The notes under the pieces are model-generated. The model saw only the letters and a program-made list of their open reading frames with translations, ran no database searches and had not been told where the DNA came from. The translations under genes and the position numbers were made by a program. DNA of 32,000 nucleotides. It comes from Thermodesulfobacterium commune DSM 2178 (GTDB taxonomy: Bacteria > Desulfobacterota > Thermodesulfobacteria > Thermodesulfobacteriales > Thermodesulfobacteriaceae). Location of the stretch: positions 1,170,001 to 1,202,000 of the forward strand of contig NZ_CP008796.1 of assembly GCF_000734015.1 (NCBI RefSeq), read 5' to 3'. Of the stretch, positions 18,802 through 27,761 are shown piece by piece (position 1 is the stretch's first letter; every line of letters begins with the position of its first letter).

Positions 18802-19824
18802 TTATGCCTTCCATGTTTCCAATCCATATTTTGTAAACTGATATCTTCTGAACTCTCCGCCAAATTTTTGCAATGCTTCAATTACTTTATACCTTGTATT
18901 TTCTGGACAATAAAGCATCATAAATCCGCCACCACCTGCGCCTGATATTTTTCCTCCAATTGCTCCAGCCTTTTTAGCAGTCTCATATATTTCTTCAATC
19001 ACAGGATTTGTAATACCTTCTGCCATTTGTTTTTTATACTGCCATCCATAATCTAAAATTTCTCCCACTTTATCCAGTTCACCTTTAAGTATTGCTTCCT
19101 TCATGAGTATAGCTTGTTCCTTCAGTTTATGCATTGCTTCAACTGACTTTTCCTTTTTTTCAATAACATTTTTCATTTGAGCCTCGATGATTTTTGAAGA
19201 GAGTCTACTTGTGCCTGTATAATAAAGGAGTAATCTGAATTGAAGTTCATTAATAATCTCTGGTTTTATTCTTAGTGGATTAACAATAACTCTGTCGTTA
19301 TCGTAAAATTCCATAAAGTTGAACCCTCCAAATGTTGCAGCGTATTGATCTTGTTTTCCTCCAGCCATTTTAAGGTCTTTTCTCTCTATTTCAAACGCAA
19401 GATGTGCGATTTCATATTCTCCGAGCGGCAATCTAAGCCATTCTACAAATGCTCCTAAAACAGCGACAACAAGAGTTGATGAACTTCCAAGCCCAGAGCC
19501 AGGAGGAGCATCTACATAAGTTGTTAGTTCAAAAGAAAGGGGGGTTTTAGTGAAATCTCTTACAATTCTGTTGTATATCCCTTTTAGAAGATCTAATTCG
19601 CCTTCAATTTCTAAGTATTCATTTGAGTCAAGCACCACTTTTTTTTGCGTGTCTACTGAATTAAAAACTATTTTTCCGTCATCTCGTGGTTCAAGGGTTG
19701 CATAGGCATACATTGATATGGTAGCATTTAAAACTGCCCCACCATATAAATCAGAATAGGGACTTACATCGGTTCCCCCACCTGCAAGCCCAAGTCTTAA
19801 AGGTGCACAAGACCGAATTATCAT
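18802..19824 (-). CDS. hddA: GHMP kinase, probable D-glycero-alpha-D-manno-heptose-7-phosphate kinase
   Basis: N-terminal APLRLGLAGGGTDVSPYSDLYGGAVLNATI, the PPGSGLGSSSTL GHMP motif II and GAGGGGF motif III. GAGGAGG RBS. Confidence 0.7.
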   Translation of the reverse strand: MIIRSCAPLRLGLAGGGTDVSPYSDLYGGAVLNATISMYAYATLEPRDDGKIVFNSVDTQKKVVLDSNEYLEIEGELDLLKGIYNRIVRDFTKTPLSFELTTYVDAPPGSGLGSSSTLVVAVLGAFVEWLRLPLGEYEIAHLAFEIERKDLKMAGGKQDQYAATFGGFNFMEFYDNDRVIVNPLRIKPEIINELQFRLLLYYTGTSRLSSKIIEAQMKNVIEKKEKSVEAMHKLKEQAILMKEAILKGELDKVGEILDYGWQYKKQMAEGITNPVIEEIYETAKKAGAIGGKISGAGGGGFMMLYCPENTRYKVIEALQKFGGEFRRYQFTKYGLETWKA

Positions 19825-19846
19825 GATAAGACCTCCTCAATAATCT

Positions 19847-21007
19847 TTAATATTTTTTTTCATAAATGGTCCAGGTGAAGTTATTTTTAATATATTCTCT
19901 CGCATTCCGTTTGATGTGTTCATATTTATCAGGATGAGCATGGATATTGTTTATTATATTTGCCATTTCCTTTGGGTCGTCAACTACTATAAAATGTTCC
20001 ATATTTTTGGCACCTATGGGTTTTGCTGCCAAGGAAGAGACAACATTAACTGTTCCCAAAGCCATACACTCAAGAATTTTATTCTGAATTCCTCCTCCTG
20101 TTCTCATAGGAGCTACAACACACAAGGCAGATTTTAATATTTCATATGGATCTTCTACAAAACCAGTAATTTCAATATCTGAATATTTATCTTTTAGGGA
20201 AGTAATTTTTTTTGGAGGGTAGGCTCCAACTATAATAAATTTAATGTTTTTATTTAAATGTGGAAAAACCTTATCTATGAACCACAAAACAGCATCTATA
20301 TTTGGCTGATAATTCATCTTTCCGAAAAAGGCAACATAATTTTTGTAATTTGGATTTACCTTTTCGTAAATTAGTAGATCTTCATTTACTCCATGTGGGA
20401 TCCATTCAGTTTTATTTTCATTTAGAAAAAATTCTCTTTCCTCTCTATTAAAAAATAAAGTTTTGTCAAATATTTCAATACATTTTTCCTCAAATTCTAA
20501 CAATTTCGCACTTTCATAGCTATAAATAAATCTCCAAAGTATTGATTTCGTATTTTGTGCACTTCTTCTATAATTTAAGCCTATAGAATCAGCCATATCT
20601 AAAATTTTAGGTTTATTTAACTCCATAACGTATTTAGCAGTTCTAACAAGTGTTGAGAAAATCAGATCATATTCGGTATAGATGGAATTTATGTATTGTT
20701 GAACATCTTTGAAATAGTAATAATTCACCTGTAAAGGTAAACCATTATATAGTGATTTCAGAGCATTCAGATAAAATTGAGTTTTTCGTTTTGGAAAAAG
20801 TTTAAATGTAATTCCAATTTCATTTGTCCAATCATAAAATTCCTTTGGTATTTCTTCTTCAACTATTGACACCAGATGAGCTTTAAAATGTTTGGAAAGA
20901 ATTTTAAGTAACCAGTAGTTCTTGAGCCTATCTCCACCGATTGGCGGATATGGAAGCCGAGAAGAAAGAAAAAGAATTTTTTGTTTATTAACAATATTTC
21001 TAATCAT
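19847..21007 (-). CDS. Glycosyltransferase, GT-B fold (group 1 / GT4-like)
   Basis: N-terminal LSSRLPYPPIGGDRL, and a C-terminal block (PMRTGGGIQNKILECMALG) resembling the GT4 E-x7-E region; 386 aa. Confidence 0.65.
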   Translation of the reverse strand: MIRNIVNKQKILFLSSRLPYPPIGGDRLKNYWLLKILSKHFKAHLVSIVEEEIPKEFYDWTNEIGITFKLFPKRKTQFYLNALKSLYNGLPLQVNYYYFKDVQQYINSIYTEYDLIFSTLVRTAKYVMELNKPKILDMADSIGLNYRRSAQNTKSILWRFIYSYESAKLLEFEEKCIEIFDKTLFFNREEREFFLNENKTEWIPHGVNEDLLIYEKVNPNYKNYVAFFGKMNYQPNIDAVLWFIDKVFPHLNKNIKFIIVGAYPPKKITSLKDKYSDIEITGFVEDPYEILKSALCVVAPMRTGGGIQNKILECMALGTVNVVSSLAAKPIGAKNMEHFIVVDDPKEMANIINNIHAHPDKYEHIKRNAREYIKNNFTWTIYEKKY

Positions 21008-21908
21008 TCTTCAATCCTTCTATTGTTCCTTTTATCCATGCTTTAATAGACTCAAAATTTTTAGAGCCTCTCAATATCTGATATATCCTAAAAGGAGTAT
21101 AAAGAAAAAAATGTAAAACTAAATAATAATAAAATAAAGATCTGTCAAACAATTTTTTTCTTACTAATACATTACTTTTAGCTAAATTATATAGCACAAA
21201 TGGTGTGGTTCTATATTTAATGATATCTATATCATGCCAGGCAAATGCATTAGGTACCCATAATAGTTCGAACCCTGCTTTTTTAACTCTAAGAGAATAG
21301 TCAAGATCTTCACCGTAAAAAAATAAGTTTTCATCAAAAAAACCAACTTTTTCTATAGCTTCTTTTTTTAATAAAAGAACACAACCAGTTAAAAAATCAA
21401 CTTTTTTTGGTTGAAGAATTTTGAAAAATGAAAAATCTACTGTTTTATTTTTATAAGGAATATCAATGCCCATAGTTAGTTTATTAAAATACCCCCCCGT
21501 ATGCCAGACTTTATTTGGATATTTTTCATAAAAAATGGTTGGTCCTGCTAATAATGCTTTTTTGTCTTTTTCTAAAGCATTAATAAGCAACGGGAGACAA
21601 TTTTTATCTAAATATGCGTCGTCGTTTAAAAGTAAAATATAATCTGTTTTATTTTCTATAGCAATTTTAATTCCTTGATTAACTGCTTTAGAAAATCCTA
21701 AGTTTGTTTTATTATTTATAAAAAATATGTTGTTATATATTTCTAATTTATTTTTCAAACCATTGAATATTTTAATATTTTCACTATTATCGATTAATAT
21801 TATTTCTATGTTTAAATCATTATTCATAACAGATTCAACTGCTTTAATTACAGAATTTACCTTATTGTAAGATACAATGATTACATAAATTTTGTTTTGT
21901 ATTTTCAT
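21000..21908 (-). CDS. Glycosyltransferase family 2
   Basis: YVIIVSYNK...ILIDNSEN...LLLNDD (DxD-like) pattern of GT2 rhamnosyl/glycosyl transferases; 302 aa. Confidence 0.7.
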   Translation of the reverse strand: MKIQNKIYVIIVSYNKVNSVIKAVESVMNNDLNIEIILIDNSENIKIFNGLKNKLEIYNNIFFINNKTNLGFSKAVNQGIKIAIENKTDYILLLNDDAYLDKNCLPLLINALEKDKKALLAGPTIFYEKYPNKVWHTGGYFNKLTMGIDIPYKNKTVDFSFFKILQPKKVDFLTGCVLLLKKEAIEKVGFFDENLFFYGEDLDYSLRVKKAGFELLWVPNAFAWHDIDIIKYRTTPFVLYNLAKSNVLVRKKLFDRSLFYYYLVLHFFLYTPFRIYQILRGSKNFESIKAWIKGTIEGLKND

Positions 21909-21942
21909 TTATACTCCTATCGACTGAACTACATTTTTAAAT

Positions 21943-23151
21943 TTAATTTTTAAATTTAGAGTCCCAAAAATATCCCATCATTAACCAATAAATAAAATTT
22001 ACAAAATAAAATTCTGTTGTATTTGATCCTATCATATTAATACTTAACCCCAGCAATGATAAATATACCGTTAATCTATTAATAGACATTTTATATAAAT
22101 AAAAACCTCTTAATACAAGGTATATGAAGAATCTAATATAAAATGGAATTAAAATTATACCAGTTTCACTCAATATCCTGAAATAATCTCCATCTAGAAC
22201 AGGTAAATAATCATTTTCTAAATTAAGAATTCTTCTTACTTGTCCTACAGTACCTAAACCAGTACCAGAGGGAATTGATAAAAAGTTATTTAGTCCATTT
22301 CTCCATAATGAAGATCTCTCCTCTATTGCTTCTCCTTTTATAAGAGAAACAAATCTCTCTAATAGAAAATCTATATAATATTCCAAAACTGATGTTATAA
22401 TCATTAATATTAAAACTGGAAAAATAATTAACAGAAAAATTAAATAAAGTTTTTTTTTGCTCTGGATATTTTGATTTATAGCAAGATAAGCAAGTATTAA
22501 AATATTATAAATGAATAAACTTATCCAAACACTTCTTTGCATTGTAAATATATCAACAAAATAAAAGATAAATAATAAAATAATATACTCTTTTTTGAAT
22601 CTTAAAATAACCATATTTAAAACAAAAACTGAAACTATTGTCATTAATGCTCCTAAAACTAAAGAACCAGATACACTAGACATTCTAAAAGCCATTACTC
22701 CTTCATATAAAATTGACCTTATATCTTCAAGAAAACTGGGTAAAGGGAAAAAACCATAAAGTAATATAGCTATAAGAGAATGAACAAAACCAACAAAAAC
22801 AATTGATATAACTACAAAATTAAACGGAATAATTCTACTGTAAAAGTATCCAATCATAGGTATTAAAAAAGTTGCTACACCAAAAATAGTAACTTCCAAA
22901 GATACTGTTTTCAAAATAAAGACGGATATTGGTATGTATAATATTAGTAAAAAAAAGGAAATTAAAAAAGGTATATCCATATGTGATAGGTATAATTTAT
23001 TTTTCCTAAAAATTAAATATATAAAAAATATTATTGGTATATAAAAAGAGTAATACAAGCTATTTCCTGTAACCTTTGCTACCCCTGGAAGTAAAGAGTA
23101 AAATGTCAACAATAAACTTAATATATAAATTTTATTTATCTTTATTGTCAT
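21943..23151 (-). CDS. wzy: O-antigen polymerase / ligase family membrane protein (Wzy-like)
   Basis: About 10-12 predicted TM segments, extremely AT-rich and F/I/L/Y-rich, located inside the glycosyltransferase block. The ORF-track start at 23232 is a TTG lying 100 nt inside the upstream gene, so I prefer the ATG at 23151. Polymerase versus ligase cannot be decided by eye. Confidence 0.55.
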   Translation of the reverse strand: MTIKINKIYILSLLLTFYSLLPGVAKVTGNSLYYSFYIPIIFFIYLIFRKNKLYLSHMDIPFLISFFLLILYIPISVFILKTVSLEVTIFGVATFLIPMIGYFYSRIIPFNFVVISIVFVGFVHSLIAILLYGFFPLPSFLEDIRSILYEGVMAFRMSSVSGSLVLGALMTIVSVFVLNMVILRFKKEYIILLFIFYFVDIFTMQRSVWISLFIYNILILAYLAINQNIQSKKKLYLIFLLIIFPVLILMIITSVLEYYIDFLLERFVSLIKGEAIEERSSLWRNGLNNFLSIPSGTGLGTVGQVRRILNLENDYLPVLDGDYFRILSETGIILIPFYIRFFIYLVLRGFYLYKMSINRLTVYLSLLGLSINMIGSNTTEFYFVNFIYWLMMGYFWDSKFKN

Positions 23152-23965
23152 TTTTTGTATCTCGAATATTTTTACTAAGTTCTTTATATAATTTAATAAC
23201 TTCTTCTTCATTAGGTAAATTACTTTTAGCAATTGCAGTTGCCCGATAAAAAGCCATTGCCAAAGATAAATATAAACCTATCCATCCATCTTTATATCCT
23301 TTTTTATATATAAATCTTCCAAAAAATTCACGGCAAATATGATAGAGTATCTTTATAGCAGGTTTTCCTTTATAGTTATATTTTGTTGAAAAGGTTTCGA
23401 AATCAGTATAAGTATTTAATTTTTCAATAAAATGCCGAACACTATTGTAATTAAAATGAATTATGGATGACTCTTTATCAATAATTTTACCTACTCTTGC
23501 TTTTGGATTTATTTTTATAAAATTATGTACTTCCGAGCCATAGGTGAGAAATCCTTTTTTAAAAAAACGCGCTATGACATCTTGATCATATCCCCAAGCT
23601 CCTCCTAGTAATTCTTTTCCAAAAAAGAAATTCCGTCTTGAAATCAATACTACATCAAAAATATCTTTATCTGCTATTTCTTTCAATCTTATTTTCAATT
23701 TTTTCGGGATTAATTCATCCGAATCTAGAGCCAAGATCCAATCATACGAACACTTAGATAACCCGTAATTCCTAGCAGGATCTGCATAACCAAGATATTC
23801 GTGCATATAAATTTTTGCTCCAAATTCTTGAGCAATTTCTATTGTTCTATCAGTGCTGTACATATCTATAATTACAATTTCATCACACCATTCTACACTT
23901 GATAAACATTCCCTTAAATATTTTTCTGAATTATATGTATGGATAACACAGGATATTTTACTCAT
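23132..23965 (-). CDS. Glycosyltransferase family 2
   Basis: ISCVIHTYNSEKYL...IVIIDMYSTDRT...ALDSDE (DxD) motifs. Confidence 0.7.
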   Translation of the reverse strand: MSKISCVIHTYNSEKYLRECLSSVEWCDEIVIIDMYSTDRTIEIAQEFGAKIYMHEYLGYADPARNYGLSKCSYDWILALDSDELIPKKLKIRLKEIADKDIFDVVLISRRNFFFGKELLGGAWGYDQDVIARFFKKGFLTYGSEVHNFIKINPKARVGKIIDKESSIIHFNYNSVRHFIEKLNTYTDFETFSTKYNYKGKPAIKILYHICREFFGRFIYKKGYKDGWIGLYLSLAMAFYRATAIAKSNLPNEEEVIKLYKELSKNIRDTKNDNKDK

Positions 23966-25071
23966 TTATAAGCTTCCAATATTTGGAAAATATTTTTAGC
24001 CCGTATTTCCCATGTATTTTTCATGAGAAACTGAAGAGCTTCCCGTTTTGAAAATTTAAGATAATTATTTTTTGTCAAAAATTCGATAGTATTTTTTAAA
24101 TCTTTATAATCATTATAGAAATAAACAAATTTTCTAAATTTCTCCATCTCTTTATAATAAATTGAAACTATATTTTTACCAAAACTAATATATTCATATA
24201 TTTTTACTGGATCTACAGACAAAATTAATTCATTTAAGATAAAAGGCATGATTAATACATCATAATCTTTAACAAATGATAATAAATTACTATGAGGTAT
24301 AATCCCATTATAAATAAGTCTTTTATGCTTAGGTATATCGACTTCACAGGGACCTACTAAAGTAACGGTAATATTAGGCAAATCATCCAAAAGTTTTAAA
24401 ATCTTTTCAAAGTCAAACCAATATGATATCGTTCCAACATAAAGCAGTTTAAAATATTTTTTATTTTTAACTATATAATTATTATCTGTATTATCTGTAT
24501 TTATATAACTATTTTCAAATTCACGAATAAGACCTGAAGAAATAGCATTATTTATCACATAAATTTCTTTCTTGTAGCCTCTTTTTTTTATTACATTTTT
24601 TAAGTTATCGCTACTGACAAAAACTATATCTGCTATACTAAGAAGTTCATGTTCTAATTTAAGAATTTTATTTCTTTCAATATCATCTTTTATTCCAATA
24701 TTATCATCCATACAATCATAAATTATTTTACTTTTTTTAAATCTATTCTTTATAAAATTAACATATGTTGGTGAAGTTAACCAAACATAATCATAATTAT
24801 TATCAAACATTCGAAATTGCAATTTTAAAATTGTGTCATTAATGATCCTACCAAACAAAGTATTTCTAAACCTTTGGTGAGGTAATCTATATAAAGCAAC
24901 AAACCTGTTTATATTGTTTTTTTGATTATGTACTAATAATTTTCTTCTATACCCATAAGTATAGACAACAGTTAAATCATAAAATTTTGCCAATTCTTCA
25001 GCTAAAAATTGCGGTCTTTGTTTTATCCAATTCCAATCAATATGCATAACATACAACATTTTTTTCTTCAT
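23962..25071 (-). CDS. Putative glycosyltransferase (TuaH-like, GT-B fold)
   Basis: N-terminal W-x-x-I-K-QRPQ-F-L motif, seen in TuaH-like polysaccharide glycosyltransferases as far as I recall. Operon position supports the call; weak otherwise. Confidence 0.5.
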   Translation of the reverse strand: MKKKMLYVMHIDWNWIKQRPQFLAEELAKFYDLTVVYTYGYRRKLLVHNQKNNINRFVALYRLPHQRFRNTLFGRIINDTILKLQFRMFDNNYDYVWLTSPTYVNFIKNRFKKSKIIYDCMDDNIGIKDDIERNKILKLEHELLSIADIVFVSSDNLKNVIKKRGYKKEIYVINNAISSGLIREFENSYINTDNTDNNYIVKNKKYFKLLYVGTISYWFDFEKILKLLDDLPNITVTLVGPCEVDIPKHKRLIYNGIIPHSNLLSFVKDYDVLIMPFILNELILSVDPVKIYEYISFGKNIVSIYYKEMEKFRKFVYFYNDYKDLKNTIEFLTKNNYLKFSKREALQFLMKNTWEIRAKNIFQILEAYK

Positions 25072-25074
25072 ATA

Positions 25075-26187
25075 TCAAAGTACCTCTTTTATTATATCTC
25101 TTATTCTATTACTTGCTTTTCCATCTCCATAAGGATTAATTGCTTTTGCCATATTATTATACTCAACTTCATTAGTTAATAAGACAGATACTTCTTTTAT
25201 TATCTTTTCCTTGTCAGTTCCTACAAGTTTAGCTGTTCCCGCTTTTATACCTTCTGTCCTTTCAGTTATTTCTCTCATAACTAAAACAGGTTTACCTAAG
25301 GCAGGAGCTTCCTCTTGTATCCCACCTGAGTCTGTTAGTACTAAATAAGATTTATTCATAAGCCAAATAAAATAAGGATACGATAATGGTTTTATGAGAT
25401 GTATCCTTTTATTACTCTTTAAAATTTTATACACAGGTTTTCTAACATTTGGATTTAAATGTACAGGGTACACAATTTCTACATCGTCATAATTTTCAGC
25501 TATTTCTTTTATTGCATAACATATATTTTTAAAAGGCTCTCCAAAACTTTCTCGCCTATGTCCGGTTACAAGAATTATTTTTTTTGAAAAATCAATAAAA
25601 TTAAAATATTCATAATATTTTTGTTCACCTTCTTTCTTTATAATTTCTAAACCTAAAAATAAAGCATCTATTACTGTATTTCCAACAACATAAACATTTT
25701 TCTTAATGTTTTCTTTATACAAATTTTCCTTTGCTTTTTTTGTAGGAGCAAAATGGTAATCTGCAAGATGTCCAATTAAAACTCTTTTCATCTCTTCAGG
25801 AAACGGAGAATATTTGTTATAACTTCTTAAACCTGCCTCTATATGAGCTATTTTCGCTTTTGCATAATACCCTGCAAGTGCACCTACAAATGCAGTAGTA
25901 GTATCACCTTGAATAAATATTAGGCTTGGTTTTTCTATTTTTATTACTTTTTCTAATTCTTTAATTATACTTGCTGTTATATTGTAAAGAGTTTGATTTG
26001 GTTTCATTATGTTTAAATCATAATCAGGTTTTATGTCAAAAAAATTTAATACCTGATCCAACATTTCTCTATGCTGCCCTGTGACGCATACTTTAACTTC
26101 AAATTCGTTATGTTTTTCAAATTTTTTAATCACAGGAGCCATCTTAATTGCTTCAGGACGAGTACCGAAAATAAAAAGTATTTTCAT
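25075..26187 (-). CDS. wecB: UDP-N-acetylglucosamine 2-epimerase (non-hydrolysing)
   Basis: KILFIFGTRPEAIKMAPV, VTGQHREMLDQVL, GDTTTA, HIEAGLRS and TDSGGIQEEAPALGKPVLVMR blocks. Confidence 0.9.
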   Translation of the reverse strand: MKILFIFGTRPEAIKMAPVIKKFEKHNEFEVKVCVTGQHREMLDQVLNFFDIKPDYDLNIMKPNQTLYNITASIIKELEKVIKIEKPSLIFIQGDTTTAFVGALAGYYAKAKIAHIEAGLRSYNKYSPFPEEMKRVLIGHLADYHFAPTKKAKENLYKENIKKNVYVVGNTVIDALFLGLEIIKKEGEQKYYEYFNFIDFSKKIILVTGHRRESFGEPFKNICYAIKEIAENYDDVEIVYPVHLNPNVRKPVYKILKSNKRIHLIKPLSYPYFIWLMNKSYLVLTDSGGIQEEAPALGKPVLVMREITERTEGIKAGTAKLVGTDKEKIIKEVSVLLTNEVEYNNMAKAINPYGDGKASNRIRDIIKEVL

Positions 26188-26197
26188 ATTCTCTTTT

Positions 26198-26992
26198 CTA
26201 GCTTAAATTAATATTATATTTATTATCTAAGTTACCGAAAAGTTTTTTCTCAACAAAAAGATAAATTTCTTTTCTTGGAAAGTCTGGTTGGAAAACTTTT
26301 ATATCTCTGAATCCAGCAAGCTTCAGGGCATTCTCTAAAGCTTTATGAGAAAATCTCAAAAAGTGATGAGGTGGATAGTCAATCAAGGAGTCTTTCCTGA
26401 TTAAAATCTCTGCAAAAAAACTCTCCCTATTTGGCACACTTCCACCTATATATCCACCTTCGTTTAAAAGCTCCCTAACCATCCTCAGAAACTCCATAGG
26501 TCTGTCCTGATGCTCAAGGACTTCAAAGAAGGTAATAACATCAAACTTAAGGTTTCTCTCTCTGGCAAAGTGATAAAACTCTTCTAAGCTCATGGCATAA
26601 ACAGTGTCCACCCCAAGATTTCTTTTTACAGCCTCCACGCTTTTTCTGTCAAAGTCTATACCCTAGACTTCAAAGCCATGCCTTTGGGCTTCTTTTAGAA
26701 AAACTCCATCGCCACAGCCCACATCAAGGAGTTTGCCTTTTATGTGCTTGGGAATATGTTCAAAAAACATTCTGTGGTTCTCACCTATCCTTAATCTCGG
26801 TGCTTCATGAAAGGCAATATAGCTTTCAAATACCTCACTCTCATAAAACTCCGGGATTATCTACAACGGCTCCCACCAGTGAAGGTCGCAGATGGGACAC
26901 TCGTATTTTTTGTATTCCTGCCTGTTGTAAGGGCTCGTGTATGTCTCCGCGTGGGTTTCAACCGCTGTTTGACAGACTGGACAGCTTGGCAT
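26198..26992 (-). pseudogene. Zn-ribbon / class I SAM-dependent methyltransferase interrupted by two in-frame TAG codons
   Basis: One continuous frame runs from the ATG at 26992 (GGGGG RBS about 7 nt upstream) to the TAG at 26198-26200. It reads MPSCPVCQ...CPICDLHWWEPL*IIPEFYE...LLDVGCGDGVFLKEAQRHGFEV*GIDFDRKSVEAVK... and joins the 146-aa ORF-track product. The in-frame stops are at 26861-26863 and 26663-26665, checked as offsets of 129 and 327 nt from the start. There are no frameshifts. Confidence 0.8.
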
Positions 26993-27016
26993 ACTAAACC
27001 CCCGTTATATCATAAA

Positions 27017-27739
27017 CTAACCCTCAAGCAAGCTCTCAAGCTTTTCTATCACCTGCCCTAATATATCTTTCATCTTCAGATAGTTTTGGTAGACCTCCTC
27101 ATGGGATAACTCAAGGTATTCATGGGCAAGGACGTTGCGGAAAGCTTCCAGGCCTTTTAGCTTTTCAAAGAGGTCCTTGTCTATAATGCCTTTACCGTAA
27201 GCGTTTCTTATTATGTCTTCGTAGCTGTCGCTTACCACCTGAAACTTGCCTGCCAGTACGTGGTCAAGGATGTCAAGGATGCTTTCCGCTATGAGAAAAA
27301 GCAACCTTTCCACTGAGTAATGTAGCCACCTGCTTTTTGTGTAATCTTCAAAGCTCAGGTCTCCAAGGTCTAAAAGGTCTTTTCTGTACTCCTTTAACTT
27401 TCCCAACCTACTTATGAAGTATCCTTTGTTTATTCTTCTGTGTTTTTCAAGGTATAGGGCATAGTCGTAAAAGTTTTTCTTGGCTTTGAGTTCATAGTCG
27501 TTTAAGATGTCTGCATCCCTGTAGAAAAGCACCTTGCCGTATTTTATGACCTCAAACTGAAGCACAGGGTTAGCCCTGTTGAGCCACACAAGGTCAACCC
27601 TGTCAGACCTAAGGCTTGAAGTTAATTCTCCGTAAAGTTGATAGGAATCTTTCCAGCTAAAGTCCTTGGTGGTGTAGAAGGCTAAATCATGAGGCATATT
27701 AATTGGTTTTGTCCCTTTCCACCTTTCTCTTACACCCAA
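27017..27739 (-). CDS. Single-ORF fusion: N-terminally shortened, motif-degenerate MNT (MntA-like nucleotidyltransferase) plus a complete HEPN/DUF86 (HepT-like) domain
   Basis: Residues 1 to about 100 resemble MntA (HDLAFYTTKDFSWKD, RVDLVWLNRANPVLQFEVIKYGKVLFYRD). Residues from about 105 to 240 resemble HepT, with AFRNVLAHEY (Rx4HxY) at nt 27116-27139. The TTG start is preceded by AGGAG at 7-nt spacing. The paralog at 29.7-31.4 kb shows the ancestral two-gene layout. Confidence 0.75.
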   Translation of the reverse strand: MGVRERWKGTKPINMPHDLAFYTTKDFSWKDSYQLYGELTSSLRSDRVDLVWLNRANPVLQFEVIKYGKVLFYRDADILNDYELKAKKNFYDYALYLEKHRRINKGYFISRLGKLKEYRKDLLDLGDLSFEDYTKSRWLHYSVERLLFLIAESILDILDHVLAGKFQVVSDSYEDIIRNAYGKGIIDKDLFEKLKGLEAFRNVLAHEYLELSHEEVYQNYLKMKDILGQVIEKLESLLEG

Positions 27740-27761
27740 GGCTTAACTCCTCTTGTTGAGG

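Noticed and set aside
26663-26863. Idea that the two in-frame TAG codons reflect genetic-code reassignment or pyrrolysine-type recoding
   Set aside because: TAG is used as an ordinary terminator by confidently called genes in this window: sbcC at 2811-2813, mobA-like at 3448-3450, and the MNT-HEPN fusion at 27017-19. Neighbouring accessory genes carry TGA and TAA lesions too, so a pseudogene is the simpler reading.
26855-26880. Idea that the mntA-hepT cassette originally inserted into the methyltransferase gene at codon 44, based on similarity of tggtgggagccgttgtagataatcc to tggtgtgagttgttc...ggtataatcc upstream of copy 1
   Set aside because: The matching segments are only about 10-15 nt each and AT-rich. 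I cannot distinguish this from chance without a proper alignment, so it is not claimed.
26800-27061. Plus-strand ORFs 26800-26997 and 26807-27061
   Set aside because: They are antisense to the methyltransferase 5' region, whose minus-strand frame gives a clear Zn ribbon plus SAM motif I.
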